Assembly (NCBI GenBank): GCA_030390025.1
Contig: CM059432.1
Coordinates: forward strand, 11,408,001-11,472,000
DNA length: 64,000 nt
Origin: Squalus acanthias
Lineage: Eukaryota
Reading direction: 5' to 3'
The first letter of the stretch is position 1. Each line of letters begins with the position of its first letter. The translations under genes and the position numbers were made by a program. Shown here piece by piece: positions 49,280 through 58,879 of the stretch. The notes under the pieces are model-generated. The model made no database searches and was not told the origin of the DNA. It saw nothing but the letters and a program-made list of their open reading frames with translations.

Positions 49280-52246
49280 TCAGTATCCCGTCCCCGCCTT
49301 CTCTCCGTAACCCTTAACCCCTTTTGCCTGTAGAAATATATCTAATTCCCTCTTAAATATATTTAATGAGCTGGCGTACACTGCCCTCTGTGGCAATGAG
49401 TTCCACAGGTTCACCACTCTCTGAGTGAAGAAATTCCCCCTCATTTCTGTCCTAAATGGTTTAGCCCTTATCCTTAAATTATGTCCTCTAGTTCTGTTCT
49501 CACCCGCCAAGGGAAACATTCCTTCTGCATCTAGTCTGTCTAGACCTGTCAGAATTTTATACACTTCTATGAGGTCCCCTCTCAATCTTCTAAACTCCAG
49601 TGTGTACATCCCTAAACTACATAGTCTCTCCTCATAGGTCAATCCCGCCATTCCTGGTATCAGCCTGGTGAATCGCCGCTGCACCCCCTCCATGGCAAGA
49701 ACATCTTTCCTCAGATGAGGCGACCAAAACTGTACACAGTACTCGAGGTGTGGTCTCACCAGTGCCCTGTACAGCTGCAGCAAGGTATCCCTGTTCCTGT
49801 ATTCCAACCCTTTTGCTATGAAGGCCAGCATACCGTTTGCCTTCTTGACCGCCTGTTGCACCTGCATGCTCGCCTTCAGTGACTGGTGTACAAGAACACC
49901 CAGGTCTCTCTGTACTTCCCCCTCTCCCAATTTATTGCCATTTAAATAATAATTTGCCCTCCCGTTCCTGCACCCAAGGTGGATAACTTCGCACTTGTCC
50001 ACATTATAGTGCATCTGCCATTTATCCGCCCAATCACCCAGTCTGTCCAAATCGCTCTGGAGCTTCCTGGTCTCCTCCTCTGAGCCCACCCCCCCTCCTA
50101 GTTTAGTGTCGTCTGCAAATTTGGAAATGCTGCATTCGACTCCCTGATCCAGGTCATTAATATAAATTGTGAACAGCTGGGGACCCAGGACAGATCCCTG
50201 TGGTACCCCACTTGTTACTGCCTGCCATTCAGAAAATGAGCCGTTTATTCCAACTCTCTGTTTTCTATCTGACAGCCAGTTCTCTATCCACGTCAATACT
50301 TTCCCCTTTATCCCATGAGCTTCAATTTTCCATGCTAATCTTTTATGTGGGACCTTATCGAAGGCCTTTTGGAAGTCCAGGTACACCACATCTACTGGCT
50401 CTCCCCCATCTATTTTACCAGTTACTCCCTCAAAAAATTCCAATAGATTAGTCAAGCACGATTTACCCTTTGTAAATCCATGTTGACTCTGTCCTATCCT
50501 GTCCCCATTTGCTAAGTGCTCGGCTATTTCATCCTTAATGATGGACTCCAGCATTTTGCCCACAACTGATGTAAGGCTTACAGGTCTGTAATTACCTGCT
50601 TTTTCCCTACCCCCCTTTTTGAATAGTGGGGTAACGTTAGCTACCCTCCAATCCATGGGCACTGTTCCCGAGTCTAATGAATTCTGAAAAATCATGCTTA
50701 GTGCATCCGCTATCTCTAGGGCCACCTCCTTCAGTACCCTAGGATGCATGTTATCAGGCCCTGGGGATTTGTCCGCCTTCAATCCCTTTAGCTTCCTTAA
50801 CACCATATCCTTAGAGATATTGATTTGCGTCAGTTCCTCCTTTGCCAATGTCCCTATTTTTCCCGATATCCCAGGGAGGTTTTTTGTGTCTTCCTTCGTA
50901 AAGACTGACCCAAAGTATGCATTTAGTTGGTCTGCCATTTCCTTATTTCCCATTATATATTCCCCCGTATCTGACTGCAATGGACCAACTTTGGTTTTCA
51001 CCAGTCTTTTCCTCTTGATATACTTATAAAAGCTTTTGGAGTTAGTTTTTATATTTTCCGCCAGCTTGCTTTCGTAAGCTATTTTGCCCTTCTTGATTAA
51101 GCCCTTTGCCCTCCTTTGCTCTATCTTAAACTGTTCCCAATCTTCCGCTCTGGCGCGTTTTTTGGCTATTTTATACGCCCTATCTTTGGATTTTATGCTG
51201 TCTCTAATTTCCCCTGTTATCCACGGTTGAGTCACCTTTTTAGATTTCCTTTTATGCCAGATTGGTATAAACAATTTTTGCAATTTTGTCATTCTATCTT
51301 TAAATGCTTGCCATTGTTTATCTACCTCCAGTCCTCCCAGGAACGTTGTCCAATCAGACCTACTCAGTTCCCGTCTAATGGCATCATAATTCCCCTTGTT
51401 TAAATTCAGGACCTGAGTCTCTGAGTCAATTTCTTCGCTCTCCATTTCGAGTGAGAAATCGATCATGTTATGATCGCTCTGACCCAAGGGTCCCCGTACA
51501 ACAAGATTACTAATTAGTCCCTTCTCATTGCACAGTACCCAGTCCAATATAGCCTGTTCCCGAGTTGGTTCCTCGACATATTGATCCAGATAACCATCCC
51601 TTAAACACTCAAGGAATTCCTCCTCCTCATTATTTTTACTGATTAGGCTAGTCCAATCTATATGTAAGTTAAAGTCACCTATGATGACAGCTGTGCTCTT
51701 ATTGCACGCTTCTCTAATTTCCCTCGTGATGCCCTCCCCAACCTCTATTTTACTATTTGGAGGCCTATATACCACTCCTATTAATGTTTTTCGCCCCTCG
51801 CTATTTCTTAGCTCCACCCATATAGATTCTGTATTAACTGAGTTAATATCCTTCCTTTCAATTGCATTTATCCCCTCTTTTACCAGCAATGCTACCCCTC
51901 CTCCCTTTCTTTTTTGTCGATCCTTCCTAAATACTGAATACCCCTGTATGTTAAGCTCCCAGCCCTGCTCACCCTGCAACCATGTTTCCGTAATCCCAAT
52001 TAGATCATAATTATTAACCTCTATTTCCACAGCTAATTCATCTACCTTGTTCCTGATGCTTCTCGCATTAAGGTATAAAACCCTCAGGCTTTTTTTATGC
52101 TCACATTTTTTATGAATTAGTTTGGCCCTTTGTTTTTTGTTCCTCTCCTTTTTACCATTTATTTCTGTCTGCCTTTCACTTTCCTCTATTTCACTACATG
52201 GGTTTCTAGCCCCCTGCCATACTAGTTTAAATGCTCCCGAACTGCT
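49280..52246 (-). CDS. CR1 ORF2: APE endonuclease and reverse transcriptase (open frame stop-to-stop; no AUG before the endonuclease)
   Basis: LYLNARSI, GITETW, GDFN, SDH, NYRPVSLTS, GVPQGSVLGP, FADD; my translation shows the frame stays open from the listed GTG at 52030 up to 52246. Confidence 0.92.
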   Translation of the reverse strand, partial: SSSGAFKLVWQGARNPCSEIEESERQTEINGKKERNKKQRAKLIHKKCEHKKSLRVLYLNARSIRNKVDELAVEIEVNNYDLIGITETWLQGEQGWELNIQGYSVFRKDRQKRKGGGVALLVKEGINAIERKDINSVNTESIWVELRNSEGRKTLIGVVYRPPNSKIEVGEGITREIREACNKSTAVIIGDFNLHIDWTSLISKNNEEEEFLECLRDGYLDQYVEEPTREQAILDWVLCNEKGLISNLVVRGPLGQSDHNMIDFSLEMESEEIDSETQVLNLNKGNYDAIRRELSRSDWTTFLGGLEVDKQWQAFKDRMTKLQKLFIPIWHKRKSKKVTQPWITGEIRDSIKSKDRAYKIAKKRARAEDWEQFKIEQRRAKGLIKKGKIAYESKLAENIKTNSKSFYKYIKRKRLVKTKVGPLQSDTGEYIMGNKEMADQLNAYFGSVFTKEDTKNLPGISGKIGTLAKEELTQINISKDMVLRKLKGLKADKSPGPDNMHPRVLKEVALEIADALSMIFQNSLDSGTVPMDWRVANVTPLFKKGGREKAGNYRPVSLTSVVGKMLESIIKDEIAEHLANGDRIGQSQHGFTKGKSCLTNLLEFFEGVTGKIDGGEPVDVVYLDFQKAFDKVPHKRLAWKIEAHGIKGKVLTWIENWLSDRKQRVGINGSFSEWQAVTSGVPQGSVLGPQLFTIYINDLDQGVECSISKFADDTKLGGGVGSEEETRKLQSDLDRLGDWADKWQMHYNVDKCEVIHLGCRNGRANYYLNGNKLGEGEVQRDLGVLVHQSLKASMQVQQAVKKANGMLAFIAKGLEYRNRDTLLQLYRALVRPHLEYCVQFWSPHLRKDVLAMEGVQRRFTRLIPGMAGLTYEERLCSLGMYTLEFRRLRGDLIEVYKILTGLDRLDAEGMFPLAGENRTRGHNLRIRAKPFRTEMRGNFFTQRVVNLWNSLPQRAVYASSLNIFKRELDIFLQAKGVKGYGEKAGTGY

Positions 52247-53127
52247 TTATCAAAATTTACCCCGAGAACCTCAGTTCCATCTTTGCACAGGTGTAGACCG
52301 TCCCTTTTGTATAGGTCACACCTACCACAAAACTGGTCCCAATGCCTCAAAAATTTAAAACCCTCCCTCTTACACCACTGCTCAAGCCACGTATTTAGCC
52401 TAACTATCCTGTTCTCTGTACTCTTACTAGCACGTGGCACTGGTAGTAATCCAGAGATTACTACCTTCGAGGTCCTACTTTTTAGCTTGGCTCCTAACTC
52501 CCTAAATTCTACTTGTAGGACCTCTTCCCTTTTTTTAGCTACGTCGTTGGTACCAACATGTATCACGACAACTGGCTGTTCCCCCTCCCCCTCCAGAATG
52601 TTCTGCACCCGCGCCGAGACATCCTTGACCCTTGCACCAGGGAGGCAAATTACCATCCTGGAGTCTCGGTCGCGACCACAGAAACTCCTATCTATTCCCC
52701 TTACAATCGAATCCCCTATTACTATAGCCCTGCCACTCTTTTTCCCTCCCTTCTTTGCAACAGAGCCAGTCATGGTGCCATGAGCCTGGCTGCTGGTGCC
52801 TTCCCCCGATGAGTCATCCCCCCCGACAACAGCACCTAAGGCGGTGAACCTGTTGCTGAGGGAGACAACCCCAGGGGATTCCTGCACTACCTTCCTGCCC
52901 TTGCTCTGCCTTTTGGTCACCCATGTACTATCTACTCTGGCCTTAACCTGCGGTGTGACCAACTCACTAAATGTGCTATTCACAACCCTCTCAGAATCGT
53001 GGATGCTCCAAAGTGAGTCCATCCGCAGCTCAAGGGCCGTCATGCGGTCCCACATGAGCTGCAGCTGGACACACTTCCCGCACACATGGTTGTCAGGGAC
53101 ACAGGAAGCGTCCCTGATTTCCCACAT
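52222..53127 (-). CDS. CR1 ORF1: partial zinc-finger/coiled-coil plus SGNH esterase domain
   Basis: HVCGKC followed by heptad Leu repeats; GDS, PGA, HVGTND, DGLH esterase blocks. Confidence 0.9.
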   Translation of the reverse strand: MWEIRDASCVPDNHVCGKCVQLQLMWDRMTALELRMDSLWSIHDSERVVNSTFSELVTPQVKARVDSTWVTKRQSKGRKVVQESPGVVSLSNRFTALGAVVGGDDSSGEGTSSQAHGTMTGSVAKKGGKKSGRAIVIGDSIVRGIDRSFCGRDRDSRMVICLPGARVKDVSARVQNILEGEGEQPVVVIHVGTNDVAKKREEVLQVEFRELGAKLKSRTSKVVISGLLPVPRASKSTENRIVRLNTWLEQWCKREGFKFLRHWDQFCGRCDLYKRDGLHLCKDGTEVLGVNFDKAVREHLN

Positions 53128-53244
53128 GCTTTCTTACACATTGCGGATTTCGTCTTTCAGCAGCAGGTTAATTAAGAAGAGTTTCAAACATCCAAAATTA
53201 AGAAACAGATCAGGAATCTACAGACATGGGAGCACCTGCGTTAA

Positions 53245-53815
53245 AATATGTAGGACCCTGGTGAGACCACACCTGGAGTATTGTGTACAGTTTTTGTCTC
53301 CTTACCGAAGGAAGGATATACTTGCCATAGCGGGAGTGCAACGAAGGTTCACCAGACTGGTTCCTGGGATGGTGGGGGAGTGTCCTATGAGAAGAGATTG
53401 AGTAGACTAGGCCTATATTCTCTAGAGTTTAGAAGAATGAGAGGTGATCTCATTGAAACATACAAAATTCTTTCAGGGCTTGACAGGGTAGATGCAGGGA
53501 GGATGTTTCCCCTGGCTGGGGAGTCTAGAAAAAGGGGTCACAGTCTCAGAATAAGGGGTCGGCCATTTAGGACTGAGATGAGGAGAAATTTCTTCACTCA
53601 GGGTGGTGAATCTTTGGAATTCTCTACCCCAGAGGGCTGTGGAGGCTCAGTCGTTGAGTATATTCAAGACAGAGATCGATAGAATATTAAGGGAATCAGG
53701 GGATATGGGGATCGTACAGAAAAGCAGAGATGAGGTAGAAGATCAGCCATGATCTTATTGAATGGCGGAGCAGGCTCGAAGGGCCAAATGGCCTACTCCT
53801 GCTCCTATTTCTTAT
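53245..53815 (+). mobile_element. CR1 LINE 3' fragment
   Basis: [24 protein letters not shown] and CR1 3' UTR. Confidence 0.85.
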
Positions 53816-54138
53816 GCACTTAAACCATTTGTGCAATCCGAGGGATTTGTGGAAGCATCTGAAATTTAAGTCAGAGAAGGATTTTAAGGTTTAGGTGATC
53901 GCATTTATATTGGCAACACATGCCACAAATACATTAAGGAGATTATTTTGCCATCCCCCCACATGTGGTATATCTGAGTAGAGGGGTTATTTTTAGCTCG
54001 GGTACTGAGGTAAGTTGTAAATAGTTTTTGAGTAAGAGCTTTGAAGGATATAACGTGTGTATTTTTGTTCTGTTTAAACCTGTAAAGCAAATTTGCAAAT
54101 TGCCAGTGTTAATAACTTGCTGAATGTTTCTTGACCAG

Positions 54139-54288
54139 ATGAATATCCATGGAAAGGTCAGAGAAATCTTGGCAGAGTCGGTCCGGGAAGAACTCGGCTC
54201 ACAAGGTTTATCTGAGGCCGACCTCATAAAAGCATTACAACGGCGTGGCATTATTGACGATGTCATGAAGGAACTCAGTTTTTTAACT
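54139..54288 (+). CDS. CEP76: CEP76 exon 2 (150 nt)
   Basis: ccag/gtaagt boundaries; MNIHGKVREILAESVREEL..DLIKALQRRGIIDDVMKELSFLT. Confidence 0.94.
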
Positions 54289-55889
54289 GTAAGTATTTTA
54301 TTGCAATGAACAGCATATTTCCCAAAAGCTCTCCAATGTTAAAATCAGAGCATCAAAAGCTCATTTACAAAACAAATTATCGGTTTCTATTGAATGTCAT
54401 TACTGTATAGTGCTGATTTAAAACTCCATTAGTTACATTTTTGTCACCCCCTATTTTAGCACGATAACAATAGTATGGTCCTCGCGATGAGATGTAATCG
54501 CTATTCATACATCTCCTTTGATTAACGAGCTGGAAAAATGCCTTTTTGCTGAACAGAATACCTCTTGGGGATGCAATCATGCCCCTATTGTATTCATTCC
54601 TGCCCCCCCCCCCACCACACACACACACACAGATTCAGTAATGCATTGTACATGACCATGACGCACCAGGTAACAAACTAATATGTATTATATAGTAATT
54701 ATGGCTTGAAAAGGTAATGCTGCTAAATTAGTAGTTGAGAGAAGTGCTGAAGGCATAATTCTGATGAGGTGCAGAGAACCCTAAAATGTCTGAGACCACA
54801 CTGGGGACACTGCATACTTTGGCACTGGCTTGATTCTTTTCTTCTGGGGTTACGTGGCTTTGGATCAGCCCTCGGGTTAGTCCAATGTCGAGATCCCCCC
54901 ATCCCCGTTAAAACAAATGGACATGCTTGGGAGTGGGTAGCAGACAGATGGTTCTTCTCCGTCAGTGCTGTCACTGGAAAGCCCCCACAAGACTCCCTCT
55001 TTAAAGAGGCTGCGCGATAAGGACATTAACTGAGCTATGGTATTGGGCCCTTGGATATGTTGTGAAATATAGATGTAGTTTGTGTGTTTATTGTTAATGA
55101 GCCTTCAGATGTGTTTTGTCTCAGCATTTACTAATAAATCTGAAACTTGTTCTTCAACCAGTGATATGTACAGATTAATGAGAAACTGTTGTCCGATATC
55201 CAGTCTTGGAATGAACCTTGCTTCAGCTAAACATTGTGAAAACAGCCATTTTCTTCAGCCTCTACCACAGGCTCCATTCCTTGGCCACCATCTCTGTCCC
55301 CCTCCCACGTCGCTGCCTCAGGCTGATGAACCAGACTGTTCGCAATCTCGCAATCAGGAAGACCTGTCAAATATATGAACGGAGATTAATGAAAAAACAT
55401 AGTAAAACTTTAAATACATTTTTTTTTTAAATCACATTTTTAAAATGGCTTGAAATTACAATAAATTAAGTATTTTAAACAAAAATAAAAAATTTTGAAA
55501 AAAATAATTAAAGTTTTTTACGGGGCTAAAAATAAACTTCCCTTTCTTTGAAGTATTTTTAAATGATAAATCAGTGAAATTTAAAAAAAAAACTTTTTTC
55601 AACTCTTATCCTGGTAAAAGCAGGCCTTACGCTTTTACCAGGCATAAGAATTGTAAGGGTTTTCTGCGGGCGGAGGGTCTCCAAAAAGCGGAAGTATCCG
55701 CCCACAGAGGCCCTTCTCCAGGGCAGCCGGAGGATCTGTCAAGACCATTCTTGAAAGATCGGAAATGCCGGTTTTCAGCGCCTGCGCTGTGCATGCCTGA
55801 AACTGGCATTTCCGATGTCCCTACGGGTGGGTACACAGCGCGTACCCACCCGTAGGGATCGGAATATCTGGGCCAATACAAAAGAAAAT

Positions 55890-57490
55890 TAAGCCTAATA
55901 TAGAGAGGAAGCGAAAAAAAAGTAAGAGCAGATACGAAGAAATATTGGCAGGTAACAAAGGGTAATAGTAAATGATTTTATAAACACATTAAAAAGTAAA
56001 AGAATAGTTTAAAAAAAAAAGGGTAGGACTGATTAGAGTTGAGAGAGGAAATGTAACGGAAGGTGAAGTAATGGCGGTGATACTAAATGAGTACTTTGTC
56101 TTGGTTTTCACAGCAAAGGGCAGTAATGGGAATGAATGGGTACAAGAGGAGGAGGTGGAGCAATTAGATAAGGTAACTATAGATAAGGAAGTTGTTCTGA
56201 ATTCTTTTTAAAAAGGTGGTGGTACTCAAAAGTGGGAAAAGCACCAGGCCCTGAAGACATGCACCCGAGAATGCTCAGGGGAGCCAGAGAGGAAATAGCA
56301 GAAGCTCTGACCACAATCTTTCATACACCTTTAGATGTAGAAATTGTAAAACATTCCCTTTAATACAGCGCCAGAGGTCTGGAGGGTTGCCAAGGTAGTT
56401 AATAGACCAGTCAGCCAAACATGGAATTTACAGCACAGAAACAGGCCATTCGGCCCAACAAGTCCGTGCTCCACACGAGCCTCCTCCCCACCCCATTCCA
56501 GCCAACCCCATCAACATATCCCTCCATTCCTTTCTCCCTCCTGTGTTCATCCAGCCTCCCCCTAAATGCATCTATGCCAGTTGCCTCAACCACGCCCCGT
56601 GGTAGCGAGTTCCACATTCCCACCACCCTCTAGGTAAAGAAGTCTCTCCTGAACTCTTCATTGGATTTATTAGTGACTATCCTATATTTCTGATCTCCAG
56701 GTTAGACCACCCCCACAAGTGGAAACATCCTCTCCACATCTACCCCACCGAATCCCCTCACAACTTCAAAGACCTCTATCAGGTCACCCCTCCGCCTTCT
56801 CTCCTGTTAGTGGGTTAGCTTCTTCCAGGCTAGAATATGGGATAAAATAAATACTCACTGAGAAAGAAATGGGCTGATTAAGCATAGGGTTTGTAAAAGG
56901 TAAGTAATGTCTGGCAACTGTTCCTTGAGAGAATAACTGACTGTATTGGAAAGGAAATGCAGTGGAGTTGAATATGAATTAAAAAAAACATTTAATAAGG
57001 TGCTACATAGGATGCTTGTTGATTTAAAATTAAGGCACATGATATTGAAGCAGCCATGGCAGCATGGAAGTTAACTAAAGGATATAAAACAGAATAGTGA
57101 TTATGGTTGTTTTTTGGACTGGAGTGATGTAACAGCGCTGTCCTCCTAGAGTCAGTGGTTGGGACATAAATGAGTATATGGGATCCTAGCTTTTCAAAAC
57201 AGGGCTACACAAGCACAAGAGGAGAGAAATAATGCCAATCATTGGTTAGACTGCAGTTAAAATATTGTGTCCAGTTTTGAGTGCCTTACTTTGGGGAGGA
57301 TATGAACGGCAGATAGGTATTGCAGAAGAGATTCACGATGATACCAGGAATGAGAGGCTTTAGTTATGAGGCGGGACCCGAGAAACTGGGTCTCTTTTTA
57401 TAAAAATTAAAACAAGAGATGGTTAAGAGATGTATTACAGGTGTTCAAAATTATGAAAGGCTTTGATAAAGTAAATTGGGAACAACTATT
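55890..57490 (+). mobile_element. Old degenerate CR1 with a nested opposite-strand CR1 3' end (~56420-56805)
   Basis: Decayed KAPGP..MHPRML, HRVCKR-like and RRFT motifs; no long ORF. Confidence 0.65.
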
Positions 57491-57625
57491 TTAAAAAAAG
57501 CAAAGACTTATTGCAATTAAAATGTTGCACTCTAGCATGGAATCCTGTAATTCTGTCTTCTAATGCGACCAGTGCTGTTTCCTTTGTTTTAAATTAAATA
57601 GAATAAAGACGTTTTTCATTTCCAG

Positions 57626-57707
57626 GAAGTGGAGGACAAAGAAGCTACGTCCAGTTCAAAACCAGCCACACATTTTGTAGACAAGGAACCGGCTGAATTA
57701 AGGAGAA
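57626..57707 (+). CDS. CEP76: CEP76 exon 3 (82 nt, EVEDKEATSSSKPATHFVDKEPAELRR); gene continues beyond the window
   Basis: tttccag/gtaagt boundaries, phase 0/1; weakly conserved linker expected before the TNIDPTRRYL exon, which I did not find in the window. Confidence 0.75.
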
Positions 57708-58022
57708 GTAAGTGCTTCTGTCATCTTTCTCATTTGAGCACGCTAACATTTTATTGGCTTCTGTAAGTTTTACTGGTTTAAAGTGAATGTTTTTGTTAAT
57801 ATTTACATTATGTTTTCTTGAATTAAATATCGTTAGTGAGGTCAAATCTGTTCTGACTGCAGGTTCAAGAGAAAATGAAGAAATAAATAGAATGTGTGTT
57901 CATAGAATCTTACAGCACTGAGGTCATTTGGCCCGTCGTGCCTGTGCCGACTCTTTGAAAGAGCTGTCCAATTTAGTCCCACGTCCCAGCTTTCTCCCCA
58001 TAACCCTGCAAATTAGTACAAT

Positions 58023-58855
58023 AGCAAAATACTGCGGATGCTGGAAATCTGAAATAACAACAGAAAATGCTAGAAACACTCAGCAGGCCAGGCAGCATCC
58101 GTGGAGAGAGAAACAGAGTCAACGTTTCAGGTCTGGGACCCTTCATCAGAGAAGGCTAGAGATGTAACAGATATTAAGCAGGTGCAGAGGCAGGGAAAGG
58201 GGGAGGGGAGGGGAGGGGAGGAAGGAATATTCTGTGCTAGGGTAGGAGGCAGGAGAGATAAAATGTTGCAAATGGGGATGGCAAAATCATAAACAGCCTG
58301 AAAAATGGGGGTAGGGGTTATAGTCTGAAATTGTTGAACTCAATGTTGAGTCCAGAAGGCTGTAAAGTGCCTAATCGAAAGATGAGGTGCTGTTCCTCGA
58401 GCTTACGTTGAGCTTCATTGGAACAGTGTAAGAGGCCGAGGACAGAGAGATCAGAGTGGGAGTGGAGCGGAGAATTAAAGTGACAGGCGACCGGAAGCTC
58501 GGGGTCACCCGTACGGACTGAACGGAGGTGTTCCGCAAAGCGGTCGCCCAATCTGCGTTTGGTCTCCCCAATGTAGAGGAGACCGCATCGTGAGCAGCGA
58601 ATACAGTATACTAAATTGCAAGAAGTACAAGTAAATCGCTGTTTCACCTGGAAGGGGTGTTTGGGGCCCTGGACAGTGGGAAGGGAGGAGGTTAAAGGGC
58701 AGGTGTTGCATCTCCTGCGCTTGCACGGGAAGGTGCCGTGGGGAGGGGCTGTTGGGGGTGATTGAGGAGTGGACCAGGGTGTCGCGGAGGGAGCGGTCCC
58801 ATCGGAATGCTGAAAGGGGAGGTGAGGGGAAGATGCGTTTGTTGGTGGGACCCTT
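58023..58855 (-). mobile_element. Penelope-like element 3' fragment with GIY-YIG endonuclease and terminal repeat
   Basis: ORF 58318-58647 FTCTSCNLVYCIRCSRCGLLYIGETKRRLGDRFAEH..VACHF..EEQHLIFRLGTLQPSGLN. Confidence 0.9.
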
Positions 58856-58879
58856 CAGCTGCCACCTCCAACATGATCC

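Larger units (their letters stand above)
49171..53127 (-). mobile_element. Young, nearly full-length CR1 LINE in CEP76 intron 1 (antisense)
   Basis: Uninterrupted ORF1 and ORF2; (TATGTATC)n 3' tail at ~49178-49202; TTCCCACAT at both ends (49171-49179, 53119-53127). Confidence 0.95.
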
